DNA of 64,000 nucleotides. It comes from Theionarchaea archaeon (lineage in GTDB: Archaea; Methanobacteriota_B; Thermococci; Methanofastidiosales; SZ-28-30). A program made the position numbers and the translations under genes. The stretch covers positions 156,585 through 220,584 of the forward strand of contig JACVGT010000003.1 in the NCBI GenBank assembly GCA_018992685.1, given 5' to 3'. Under the pieces are notes generated by a model. That model was not told the origin of the DNA, did no database searches, and saw only the letters and a program-made list of their open reading frames with translations. Below, piece by piece: positions 41,551 to 51,269 of this stretch (the first letter of the stretch is position 1; every line of letters starts with the position of its first letter).

Positions 41551-41849
41551 TAAATCACCCTTTGTGGAAAGCGCTTTCCATCTTCTAATCTGAAAGTAAC
41601 AAGGCCTTCATCTTCCAAGTCCTTGATGGTCAGGCGAACATATTCGCCTGAAACTCTAGCCTTCTTTGCAATCTCACTCATTTCGTTGCGTCCATCACAA
41701 AGCTCATATATCTTCTGCTTCTTTGGAGTTGAGAGAATTGTATACCTCTTTTCCATCATATCCTTGCTGGCAATGACCTTTAGTAGAGCAATGACTTGAT
41801 CCAGTTTTCCTTCGAGTGATCTTAGATCACTTGATGTTTCTGATGTCAT
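41550..41849 (-). CDS. Coiled-coil + winged-HTH protein (array member 5)
   Basis: LEGKLDQVIALLK, KKQKIYELCDGRNEMSEIAKKARVSGEYVRLTIKDLEDEGLV. ATG 41849. Confidence 0.8.
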   Translation of the reverse strand: MTSETSSDLRSLEGKLDQVIALLKVIASKDMMEKRYTILSTPKKQKIYELCDGRNEMSEIAKKARVSGEYVRLTIKDLEDEGLVTFRLEDGKRFPQRVI

Positions 41850-41869
41850 AGTATTCTGTAGACAATAAC

Positions 41870-41878
41870 ATTTAAATA
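41870..41878. promoter_or_regulatory. Palindromic TATA element probably shared by divergent wHTH genes
   Basis: ATTTAAAT(A) sits mid-way in the 47-bp gap between starts at 41849 (-) and 41897 (+). Confidence 0.55.
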
Positions 41879-41896
41879 GTTTACTGTTAAGTTTAC

Positions 41897-42235
41897 TTGG
41901 GTGATCACATAGGAAAGAAAGAAGACATAGAAGTACTCTGGCAGATAAACAAAAACCTAGAGGAAATCTCAATCAAGATAGATCAGCTAATCTCCTTGTA
42001 CAGGTTTGTCCAAGAACATGAACTCGAATGCTTCAGAGAAAAAGTACTTGGGAAATCAAAGATCAGGAGAGAGATCTACGGCATGTGCGATGGAACAAAA
42101 ACAGTCCAAGAAATAGCACGAAGGGCAAACAGATCAATTCAACATGTCAGTATGATTCTCAAGACACTGGAAAGAGGTAGACTGATTGAATCAAGAGAAG
42201 TGGGAAAGAAAAAGTACTATATCCGGATAGCATAA
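41897..42235 (+). CDS. Coiled-coil + winged-HTH protein (array member 6)
   Basis: LEEISIKIDQLISL, IRREIYGMCDGTKTVQEIARRANRSIQHVSMILKTLERGRLI. Start TTG 41897 or ATA 41909. Confidence 0.8.
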   Translation: MGDHIGKKEDIEVLWQINKNLEEISIKIDQLISLYRFVQEHELECFREKVLGKSKIRREIYGMCDGTKTVQEIARRANRSIQHVSMILKTLERGRLIESREVGKKKYYIRIA

Positions 42236-42335
42236 TGACCTTGAGGTGGCAGGATAGATACAAATGTCATTGGGACAACAGATTGGATCGCAGCGATTAC
42301 GATGGATGAAAGAATTCTCAGGAAAAGGAAACATG

Positions 42336-42545
42336 TCAAGAAAGAAGTTCCACCTCAAGCTCTAACAAAGAGGGTATCTCTATTTGCTCTCCTCTCTCAA
42401 GCAATTCAAGAAAGTGTACTTCAACAGCCTTTTTTATATTATTAATCAGTTCATCCAGAGTCCCCCCCTGTGTGAAAATATTCTCTCCGATCCCACGGGC
42501 GCACCGACACTCACTATCATTATATACTTCCATTTTCACGAGCAT
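42336..42545 (-). CDS. HicB/UPF0150-like antitoxin, orphan
   Basis: CARGIGENIFTQGGTLDELINNIKKAVEVH matches the HicB TQG.T.EE...N..EA pattern. No HicA ORF adjacent. Confidence 0.72.
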   Translation of the reverse strand: MLVKMEVYNDSECRCARGIGENIFTQGGTLDELINNIKKAVEVHFLELLERGEQIEIPSLLELEVELLS

Positions 42546-42745
42546 TGCTGTCTTGAGTAATTTGGATTATTGAACTTTGTGGACTTATTGGCTGTCTTCG
42601 AACCTCCCCATGACGTTCCTATTCGAACAAGGAATCCCTGACGGCATAAGCATCACAGCTCATTCTCGCTCATCACAAGGCAAGAAGATACCAAACTAGG
42701 AGTGATAATACAAACCTTTTTTAGGTTCCATCCTTCACCACCCTC

Positions 42746-43531
42746 ATGAAAAAATTGGTCTTGGCCCTTTTCATGCTTGGGACGCTGGCCGCATCTCAAG
42801 GAAGAATAGCATGGTACGGGGAACGAGAATTTGACGAAAATGTGGCATCCCTGGAGCGGCAGGGATACACTGTGAAGTACGTTGACAGTATTGATGAGAA
42901 AACGCTCTCCCGATACGACGTTCTTGTAGTCTGCCTTGCTGAACCATCCCAGAAGGAAAAAGAAGCAATCCTGGACTTTGTGGAAGCAGGAGGTGGTCTC
43001 CTGATCCTCTATAACGCCATGACACACAGCAGCATTGAAGAGGTACTCTCCGGGTATCAGCTGGAAAAAACAGCTGAAGGAGACAGCAACATTGTCTTCC
43101 CATTTCTGCCAGAAGATAAAATAGATGAGCTGAGGAAGAGAATCTCCATTTCTCAGAAAGGAAAAGGAAGAACGCTCGCGGTGGGATACGATCCTGTGGC
43201 GTTCCAGGCAGTGAGTCTGCTATTTGACGTGGACAAGCTACTCGAATTCGGGATGGACTGGCTCTGTCAGGATTGGCATGCAGAACAGACACAGAGTGAG
43301 ATAGCCAAGAACCGATTTTCACTTGCCGTGGTGCTGGGAATTGTGGCAGTTGCTCTGATAGCGGGATATGTCTTGTACAGAAAGAGGAAGCTGAAAGCAC
43401 CAGAGAAACCTGAGTCGAAGGAATCAGAAAAAGCAGAAAAAATACGAGAGTTGAAGGCGAGATTTGTATACGGGGAGGTTTCAAGGGACGAATATCAGAG
43501 AGAACTGGAAAGACTGGAACATTCTGATTGA
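42746..43531 (+). CDS. Membrane-anchored protein with GATase-like extracellular domain and C-terminal SHOCT-like tail
   Basis: Signal peptide, YDVLVV...ILDFVEAGGGLLI, one TM helix, LKARFVYGEVSRDEYQRE. Confidence 0.7.
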   Translation: MKKLVLALFMLGTLAASQGRIAWYGEREFDENVASLERQGYTVKYVDSIDEKTLSRYDVLVVCLAEPSQKEKEAILDFVEAGGGLLILYNAMTHSSIEEVLSGYQLEKTAEGDSNIVFPFLPEDKIDELRKRISISQKGKGRTLAVGYDPVAFQAVSLLFDVDKLLEFGMDWLCQDWHAEQTQSEIAKNRFSLAVVLGIVAVALIAGYVLYRKRKLKAPEKPESKESEKAEKIRELKARFVYGEVSRDEYQRELERLEHSD

Positions 43532-43570
43532 CGGGGAACCCTCTCGGATGAAAAAGAATAAAGAAAGGAA

Positions 43571-44782
43571 TTACATCTGAGGAGCGTCTCTTCCCTCATA
43601 CGTGAATCTGAATCCAGTATCCTTGTCTGGTGGATTTTCCTTCAATATCACACTTGAAGCCACCACTCGCTGTATCTGGTTCGTTCCCTCATAGATCTGC
43701 AGCAGCTTTGCGTCTCGCATCAGTTTCCCAGCAGGATACTCTTCCAGGTACCCATACCCGCCCATGATCTGCACACAGTCTACTGCATTCTGCATGGCAG
43801 CATCAGAAGCGAAATACTTGGCGAAAGCAGATTCTTTACTGTTCCTCATCCCGTTATCGGCCAGCCAGGCTGCATACCGTGTCAGCCACCGAGCAGCCTC
43901 TGTCCTGCAGTCCATGTCAGACAATGTGAAAGAAATCCCCTGGTTCGCTCCAATGGGCTTACCAAATTGATGGCGAATATTGCTGAATTTTGCAGCCTCG
44001 TGCACGCATCTCTGGGCAACTCCAGTGGCAATGGCTGCAATTCCTGCTCTGGTCTTGTCCAATGTCATCATGGCAATCTTGAACCCATCTCCCACCTTGC
44101 CAATGAGACAATCCTCCGGTATATGCACATCTGTGAACATGACTTCTGACTGCACCGAGTTTTTCTGGCCCATCTTCCTTTCTATGTGGCCAATTTCCAC
44201 ACCCTTTGAGTCTGCAGGTACCATGAAACAGGCCAGCCCCTTGTACCCTTTTGAGGGATCAGTAGTGACAAACACACTATGCAAAGAAGCGAGCGGAGCA
44301 TTGGTAATAAAACATTTCGCTCCATTAATCACCCATCCATCTCCCTCTTTTGTGGCTGTAGTCTTGATGGATGCTGCGTCAGAGCCAGATTCCCTTTCTG
44401 TCAAACAAAATGCTCCAAATTGTACCTTTTTCCCCGTGATCAAGGGTGTAATATATTTCTTGAGCTGTTCCATAGTGGCACCAATCAGAATGGGAGCAAA
44501 AGCCAGGTTGTTGCACATGATGGAGGTGGCCAACCCTGCACATCCATACCCAGTTGCCTCTGATACCAGTGTCTCTTCAACCAGTGAGCGTCCTGGACCA
44601 CTTGCTTCTTTCGGTACATGCAAATTCATTAATCCCCATTCGTATGCTTTCTGGACTACGTCCATGGGACACTCATCTTTTCTCTCGAGATCAGCAGCCA
44701 CTGGTGTAATATATTCATGAGTGAACTCTTTTGCCTTGTTGAAGAGTTCTTCTTCTCCTGATGACAGCTTAAAGTCTACCAT
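43571..44782 (-). CDS. Acyl-CoA dehydrogenase
   Basis: FCLTERESGSD, INGAKCFITN, KMG, TLDKTR, R.QFGKPI, QIMGGYGY, RDAKLLQIYEGTNQIQR. ATG 44782 follows GGAGG. Confidence 0.95.
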   Translation of the reverse strand: MVDFKLSSGEEELFNKAKEFTHEYITPVAADLERKDECPMDVVQKAYEWGLMNLHVPKEASGPGRSLVEETLVSEATGYGCAGLATSIMCNNLAFAPILIGATMEQLKKYITPLITGKKVQFGAFCLTERESGSDAASIKTTATKEGDGWVINGAKCFITNAPLASLHSVFVTTDPSKGYKGLACFMVPADSKGVEIGHIERKMGQKNSVQSEVMFTDVHIPEDCLIGKVGDGFKIAMMTLDKTRAGIAAIATGVAQRCVHEAAKFSNIRHQFGKPIGANQGISFTLSDMDCRTEAARWLTRYAAWLADNGMRNSKESAFAKYFASDAAMQNAVDCVQIMGGYGYLEEYPAGKLMRDAKLLQIYEGTNQIQRVVASSVILKENPPDKDTGFRFTYEGRDAPQM

Positions 44783-44906
44783 GATCGTTCCTCCTGAGGT
44801 CACCTTGTTCAGGCCTATTTAAATGTTTACATGTGCCTATGGTGCTCAATTTAACCCATCGAGGATAGCCAAAAACCCGGGAAACTGAGGGAAATGCAGA
44901 ATACCA

Positions 44907-47900
44907 TCAGCCTTCTTTCAGTATTTCAAGGAGAAGGTCCACAAGCTCTTCGTAGTTATTGTCTCTCTGATTGCTCCAGTAGTTGGAGGCAATGTAATTC
45001 CCTGCGTAGTAGTACTCCTCAAGTTGCTTGCAGCACAGTTCTATGCGAGACAGTAACTCCTGTACTCTGGCCCACTTTTCAGGATACTTCTTATCCAGAC
45101 CTTTGTCCAGGACCAGATTCAGCAGCTGTTTTATCAGATCCTCCAGGTTCTCACAGCATGGAGCTTCCCTGCGCCATTCCACATCCACTCCTGAGTCCCT
45201 GATCTTTTCGATAAGTTCCTTGTACCTGGCGTAGCAATCCATCATTCCTCCGTACGCTAGAGGCTGCAGTGATACCTGTGTCCGATGGATCGTTCCCGTG
45301 GGCAGGGTAACCAGAGCAGAATCATCATCAGATACAGGAAATCCATTGGGAGGTGTTCCCGTGGCAGTCACTACATTTAGGGCAGGAGATTCCTCCCCGT
45401 TCACATATGCCTCGAATGTGATGGTTATCGTTTCCCCCGTATCAAGAGGACCCACATTGGCCCAGATGAGAGTCATTGTGCTGTCTGGATCCACAACTGT
45501 TTGATCTGGGGAGATGTTGGCTGCATCCTGATAGGTCAGTCCTAGAGACAAGACGTCCACGACCTTCACAGGGTCGAGAGGAACTTCTCCGGTATTCGTT
45601 ATGGTCAACGTGAACGTCACGTTCTGGCCTGGATTCAAAGAAGAGGGAGCTACTGACTTAACCACGTGGATGGCTGGGGCGGCCACGCCAACGGGTGATG
45701 TGTCTTCATCAGACACATCCCCGATGACAGACGTGCCAATGACAATGGCCCTGTTGACGAAGGTTCCTACTCTTCCCGGATCCACCTCCGCTTCGAAGCT
45801 CACCGTAATGATGTCACTCGGATTCATGGCCCCTATGTTCAACCAGGTCAATGTCTGTGTTCTATCAGAGTTATCCACGGTAAAATCAGGCTCATACGGC
45901 AGTCCAGCCACAATGGCTGTTCCTGGTCTGTAGGTCAATCCATCAGGGAGAATGTCTGTCAGCTGCACAGGATCGAGTATCATGTCCCCCGTGTTTTCAA
46001 TGGTCAATTCAAAGTAGACAATTCCTCCGGGGGACGGTACATTAATCTGGGTATTCAGGGTTATCTTCATGAGATCTGTACCGGGCGCGCGCACTGTCCA
46101 CTCATCATCTACTGGTGGATAGTGTCTTTCATATGGGCTGATGCCAAGGAGGGTGGAATAATCTGTAATAGTAGTCACATTAGTGAATACACCCCCCTGA
46201 GGCGGGATGACTGCATCATATTCTAGAATGACGGTGCTACCCACAGGGATTATGGTGTAGCTCCAGGTTACGGTGTTTCCCACAACAGAGGTTGCCGTGG
46301 CTTGAGGTGTGGACGCAATCGATCCTGTATCCAGGATAAGACCCGTCGGCACCACATCTTCGATACTCACGTCGTATGCAGGTGACGTACCTTGATTCTG
46401 AATGGTAATCGTGTAGTGGATGGTATCTCCGGGGAGTCCTTCGGTGATGGACCCCTGCTTATTGATGATGAGGTCGGGCTCAATGATCTCGACATCTGCA
46501 TCATCTGACAGATCGAAAGGTACACCTTCTTCTGTTCCAGTGGATCGCGCCCAGTTTGTCAACGTGACACCATCCTGGTTGGTCACAACGTCCTGGACCC
46601 TTGCTGTTACCGTGATATCCACCGTGTTGGGCCCGGTGAAATTGCCCAGAGTCCAGGTAATTGACTGCCCCACCACCACAGGTACAGGAGATAATCCCAA
46701 GGTGTCATTGTAGGTCGAACTCACGTACTCCAGTCCTGCAGGCAGGGTGTCTATGACCAGGACATTCTCGTAAGAAGAAGCACCCCAGTAGGAAATTGAC
46801 ACATCAAATGTTATTTCTTCCCCAATGGTGGCAGTCTGCACGTCAGGAGTCTTAAATATCCCCTCTACAGTCTGGACCCATGCAGTGTCTGTAGCCGTAC
46901 TGTACACACAGCCTGTAGAACAGTACCCGTTGACAACCACTGTATCAGTGCCCAATGTGCCTGTGATGTCAGCAGAAAGGGTAGCAGTCCACGTACCTCC
47001 AATAGGGATGGGCGCTGACACATTCCAGGTCACCGTGTTCCCCACCACTGCGGGGATTTCCCCCCCGGATCCATTTCCTGCTGCAATGTTGATGAAGTTC
47101 AGGCTGAGAGAATCGACCACATCTACAGATTCTGCCTGGTAGTTGCCTGTGTTGGTAACGGTTATGGTCCACGTGGTACTTCCTCCAGGGGGTCTGGTCA
47201 CTATCTCGGGAGTCTTGCTCACAGTGAGCACAGGAGTCAGGGGCGTGACATTTCTCGTGTTGGTGCGGGTGTAATGCTGGTCACATGCATTGTCAAAATC
47301 AACATACACAGTATTGACATCGGGGGTGACAGTTCCGCAGCTGGTACCATCATCAATAATCCTGAATTGGAGGACCACTGTCTGCCCCTCTGTCATGGGC
47401 CCGATGACCCATATTGGACGAGTCAAGTCTGCAGGGGGTTCAGGACTGGGGCTGGGACCTGAAACCATGGAATCGTAGTAGAATCCCGCAGGTAAATCTG
47501 ACGTAATTACAACATTGTATGCAGTTGGACCATTGTTTCGCACTGTTACGGTGATTTCACCATTGCACGTGGTGATAGTGCCCAGGGTTTGAGAAATGGT
47601 AAATGAAGAGGTGGTTCTCAGGTATCCCGTGTCGCACGACTGTGGCTCTCTGCAGGGGTCAACAGCCGGGGTTGTGGGGTTGTCATTGCACCCGTAGTGG
47701 ACACACGCAGTATTGGTGGTTGGGCTCGCCGTACATTCACCTGCATCTACCGTAGCATAGACAGAGTAGGTCACTGTCTGGCCTACCAGCAAATCTCCAT
47801 GTACCCAGGGATCAGCCTGCGTACCTGATCCTCCTCCGGGAGGAGCAGGGGTCACAGAAGAGAACGTCATGTTACTGGGGAATACATCCCAGAATTCCAC

Positions 47901-50900
47901 ATTGTACGCGGTGGAGGCTCCTGTGTTGGATATGCGAATACGCCACTCAATGAGGTCTCCTGGTTCTGCATTGACGGTATTGGTGTAGGAGGCCTGGCCT
48001 GCTGTGACATTTCTCCCGTCCTTGACAATGGAAATTGTGGGTTCTCTCACAGGCAGGGTGGACCGTGATTCAGGGCTGATTTTCAGTTCCCGGCACACAC
48101 TCTCATAGTACGCTTCTGAAACGACCGTTCTGTTCCCATTTGGAAAATCACATCCTGCAATAACATCAAAGGAAATTGAACGGGTGACGCCAGGATCAAT
48201 GGAAGAGAGAAATGCTGCTTCAGTACTGGTCCACACCAGGGGATTGGCCAGTGGGTCCTGGGGCTCTCCTGGTACGCCTGTCCCCGCTACATAGTCTAGT
48301 CCCAGAGGCAGTGTGACTCTCACCTCGACATTGTAGATTGTTGTGAGTCCCGCATTCTTCACCTGGACAGTGATGGTGTCCTGTTCACACAGGTTAATGT
48401 AAGCGGGCAGGATGTTTGTGGTGACAGCATATGCAGGAGGAATTGCCACAGTAGAGTGATCAGTGACTGCGGGCTGGCAGTCCACACCCAGGCAACCCCA
48501 GCTTGCTGCAACATCATTGTCCAGATTTGTGCATCCAACGAGGTCTGCTGTTAGCGTAATGACTCTGGTTTCCCCGGCAGGAATCTCGTTGAAGCTCCAG
48601 TTCACCCCGTTAATGGGGGTACCCAGGTGATCCTGATTGACGGTAATGGTGACCGGCACAGGGTTACCCAGCAGGTCGGTGGCTGATGAAGAATTATACT
48701 GTAGATCAGACCCCAGAATGTCATCAACCCACACACTGTACGCAGTACCGCTCCCCGAATTGGTGACATAGATGGTCCAGGTGACTTGATTCTGAGTGGC
48801 GTAGATCAGCTCGGGTGTCTTTTTTATGAACAACGAAGCCTCCAGAAGATACGGGCATCCTGCAACCGTGTGCGAACATTCTCTGTCTGGCTGGGCATCA
48901 TCCCAGCACTTCCCGTCCCAGTAGACACTGGCCGAGTTATCAGCAGGCGTGCCGCACCGCTTCTGGAACGTTACCAGAATCTGGGCAGCTACCTGGGTGA
49001 CAAAACTGTCTCCATAGTCGAATTCCAGTCGGTCTGCATAGGTCGTCAGCGTGGGGACGGGACCTGTGTAACCAGTGACAGTTACTGCATAATTCTGGAT
49101 GGGAACAACTACCAGGACATCATATGCACCCACTGCTGATGTTCTGGTGACATCTATGCTCACATTGCAGGATTCGCAGCTACTGATGAAATCAGGTATC
49201 GTGTTAATGCTAATATTCATCTGTGCTTGATTTATGGTAACATACACTGTTTCCTGCAATTCCTGGTCGGGCTGACACGACCCCCCCTGCTTCCCCGTGT
49301 CCAAGACAGACCAGTCGTAGAACGAGTAGGTGGGTTCACAACAACCAGGAGAAGAAGCATCGGTGGTCTGGAGCGTGTACTGGATGGTCAACGTGGAATT
49401 TCTTACCGCAGGGAAGGGTACACAGCTCGAGTAATCACCTGTGCTGAAATCTAGAACGAGCTGGCCTCCCACAATATTTGGTGCAATAACAATTGAGCAG
49501 GTGTTAACCCCGTCATCCACCGTCACTGATAGAGAGCCGGCAACATACGTCTGGAAATTGGCCATGTCCTCGTAGAATACGAGATCTGTCCAGCTGACGT
49601 CATCCCACCAGACATCATCATAAAACTGATAGGTGTTGGTATAATATATGTCAGTACACTTCTCGAACCCCGTGGTGGAAGAGACTGCCTTCTCAGAATC
49701 ATAGTATTCCTCACACTCCAAAGCTGTGGTCTGGGAGGACGATGCAGTTAGAGTACAGCCACAACAATCAGTCATAGAAGCCGTCACTGTGTTGGTGGCA
49801 TATGTGTAGCAATACAATTCACATTGGGAGTAATTTGGAGATTGAAGAGTGATGGTGGTATTCAGTCCTGCGGTGGCGGCGACCACCCACGTAATGGTGC
49901 TTCCCACTACAGTGCCTCCTCCTGCATCCACAATGGTGAATCCACCGGGTATGGTATCCACCACGGTGATATTGCCAGCATTCCCTCCTCCGCAGGAAAG
50001 CGGACCTGAATAGGCAGCCGCAATGGTATACGTAATGGATTCTCCCAGATATATCTCCGGAGGAGCTCCAGTCTTACTGAGTGTGAGACTGGGTACACTG
50101 GTCACAGAAAGGTTCCCATACTGCACGGGAGGATAGAACACTTCTCCACAGTCGTCGTAGTACTCGGGTTGGAACAATATCCTCTGTGAGGGAAGTCCCG
50201 AACACCAGTCTGAATGAGTCAGTGTGAACATCAGATTCACTGTGGACCCCGCAGGAATGTCCCCTATGAAGAATCGGTCAAACACGCTGTCATAGGAAGC
50301 TCCTGCAGGTCCAAGAACTGTGACAAAAAGGGGACCGAAATCCACATAAAGATAAAAACTGTGAGCTGCTCCTGTGCCAGAATTGGTGATAGGTATGGTA
50401 AACTGTGTTCCGGCAGAGCAGTAGTCTAACTGGAAATCAGGGAGCACATACGAAATTTCAGGTTCTTCTACGATAAGCTGTACAGAGGCTTGGGTGGTTT
50501 CTGTCTGGCAGGGGGTACCATTGCAACTCCATACTGCCTGGGCATCGTTTTCCAGCCCGCTGCAGGCAATGACCTCAGCATATACGTCAATCAGTACTTG
50601 GTCTCCTGGTTTCATGAGCTGCAGGGCAGGTATGTAGGAATAATCCCATGTAACAGTGGGGAGCCCAGAGGTGTCTCCTGAAGTGGATTGAACAGCGTCA
50701 AACAGGAGCCCAGCACCCAACGTGTCCTGTACGCGTACGTTCTGAATGGGGCCAAACCCAGTACTGGTTACAGTCAGAGTCCAGTGTACGGTATCATTGA
50801 GATGGGCAGGTATGACAGAGGGAGTCTTGGTGATGGTGACAGCACCAGGCTGAACCGTCAGGTAGATGGAACCCTGAGATGAGCCTGCATCATGGGTAAC

Positions 50901-51269
50901 ATCCACCAGAATCTGACCAGAGACAGCTGCGCACGTGACGTAGAGAGAGATGACAGCGTTCCAGGAATCCAGCGGTGGCAAATCCCCTGCGCCCCAGGTG
51001 ATGGTCTGTCCCACCACTGTACCGCCTCCACCGTCAACAATAGTGAAGTCAGCAGGAATCGTAGCCAGGACTGTCACATTGGTAGCAGACTCTGAAGAAG
51101 ATGTATTCTCAATGGTAATAGTATAATCATACTGTTGACACATGTTGACTGATGCAGTCCCCACAATGTCAACAGCCAGCACAGGCTGTGAACCGATGTA
51201 ATAAACGTTGAAAAAGAGCGATAACCCAATAAGTACAATACTTCCCAGTCTCTTCATACTTTTAGCCAT
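44907..51269 (-). CDS. Giant (~2120 aa) surface protein with tandem DUF11/Ig-like repeats and helical C-terminal domain
   Basis: Signal peptide after ATG 51269 (GGAGG RBS). Many K...(Y/W)TITV.NTG...NV.V.D.LP.GL.Y repeats. Many paired Cys. Ends in a helical ...AGNYIASNYW... domain. Confidence 0.85.
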   Translation of the reverse strand: MAKSMKRLGSIVLIGLSLFFNVYYIGSQPVLAVDIVGTASVNMCQQYDYTITIENTSSSESATNVTVLATIPADFTIVDGGGGTVVGQTITWGAGDLPPLDSWNAVISLYVTCAAVSGQILVDVTHDAGSSQGSIYLTVQPGAVTITKTPSVIPAHLNDTVHWTLTVTSTGFGPIQNVRVQDTLGAGLLFDAVQSTSGDTSGLPTVTWDYSYIPALQLMKPGDQVLIDVYAEVIACSGLENDAQAVWSCNGTPCQTETTQASVQLIVEEPEISYVLPDFQLDYCSAGTQFTIPITNSGTGAAHSFYLYVDFGPLFVTVLGPAGASYDSVFDRFFIGDIPAGSTVNLMFTLTHSDWCSGLPSQRILFQPEYYDDCGEVFYPPVQYGNLSVTSVPSLTLSKTGAPPEIYLGESITYTIAAAYSGPLSCGGGNAGNITVVDTIPGGFTIVDAGGGTVVGSTITWVVAATAGLNTTITLQSPNYSQCELYCYTYATNTVTASMTDCCGCTLTASSSQTTALECEEYYDSEKAVSSTTGFEKCTDIYYTNTYQFYDDVWWDDVSWTDLVFYEDMANFQTYVAGSLSVTVDDGVNTCSIVIAPNIVGGQLVLDFSTGDYSSCVPFPAVRNSTLTIQYTLQTTDASSPGCCEPTYSFYDWSVLDTGKQGGSCQPDQELQETVYVTINQAQMNISINTIPDFISSCESCNVSIDVTRTSAVGAYDVLVVVPIQNYAVTVTGYTGPVPTLTTYADRLEFDYGDSFVTQVAAQILVTFQKRCGTPADNSASVYWDGKCWDDAQPDRECSHTVAGCPYLLEASLFIKKTPELIYATQNQVTWTIYVTNSGSGTAYSVWVDDILGSDLQYNSSSATDLLGNPVPVTITVNQDHLGTPINGVNWSFNEIPAGETRVITLTADLVGCTNLDNDVAASWGCLGVDCQPAVTDHSTVAIPPAYAVTTNILPAYINLCEQDTITVQVKNAGLTTIYNVEVRVTLPLGLDYVAGTGVPGEPQDPLANPLVWTSTEAAFLSSIDPGVTRSISFDVIAGCDFPNGNRTVVSEAYYESVCRELKISPESRSTLPVREPTISIVKDGRNVTAGQASYTNTVNAEPGDLIEWRIRISNTGASTAYNVEFWDVFPSNMTFSSVTPAPPGGGSGTQADPWVHGDLLVGQTVTYSVYATVDAGECTASPTTNTACVHYGCNDNPTTPAVDPCREPQSCDTGYLRTTSSFTISQTLGTITTCNGEITVTVRNNGPTAYNVVITSDLPAGFYYDSMVSGPSPSPEPPADLTRPIWVIGPMTEGQTVVLQFRIIDDGTSCGTVTPDVNTVYVDFDNACDQHYTRTNTRNVTPLTPVLTVSKTPEIVTRPPGGSTTWTITVTNTGNYQAESVDVVDSLSLNFINIAAGNGSGGEIPAVVGNTVTWNVSAPIPIGGTWTATLSADITGTLGTDTVVVNGYCSTGCVYSTATDTAWVQTVEGIFKTPDVQTATIGEEITFDVSISYWGASSYENVLVIDTLPAGLEYVSSTYNDTLGLSPVPVVVGQSITWTLGNFTGPNTVDITVTARVQDVVTNQDGVTLTNWARSTGTEEGVPFDLSDDADVEIIEPDLIINKQGSITEGLPGDTIHYTITIQNQGTSPAYDVSIEDVVPTGLILDTGSIASTPQATATSVVGNTVTWSYTIIPVGSTVILEYDAVIPPQGGVFTNVTTITDYSTLLGISPYERHYPPVDDEWTVRAPGTDLMKITLNTQINVPSPGGIVYFELTIENTGDMILDPVQLTDILPDGLTYRPGTAIVAGLPYEPDFTVDNSDRTQTLTWLNIGAMNPSDIITVSFEAEVDPGRVGTFVNRAIVIGTSVIGDVSDEDTSPVGVAAPAIHVVKSVAPSSLNPGQNVTFTLTITNTGEVPLDPVKVVDVLSLGLTYQDAANISPDQTVVDPDSTMTLIWANVGPLDTGETITITFEAYVNGEESPALNVVTATGTPPNGFPVSDDDSALVTLPTGTIHRTQVSLQPLAYGGMMDCYARYKELIEKIRDSGVDVEWRREAPCCENLEDLIKQLLNLVLDKGLDKKYPEKWARVQELLSRIELCCKQLEEYYYAGNYIASNYWSNQRDNNYEELVDLLLEILKEG

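Noticed and set aside
38820-42700. Island as an integrated virus or plasmid
   Set aside because: No integrase, replication or capsid gene, tRNA target or att repeats were found by eye.
42771-44720. Long antisense ORFs (237 aa and 246 aa) opposite real genes, and similar shadow ORFs across the window
   Set aside because: They overlap well-supported genes on the opposite strand and lack motifs.
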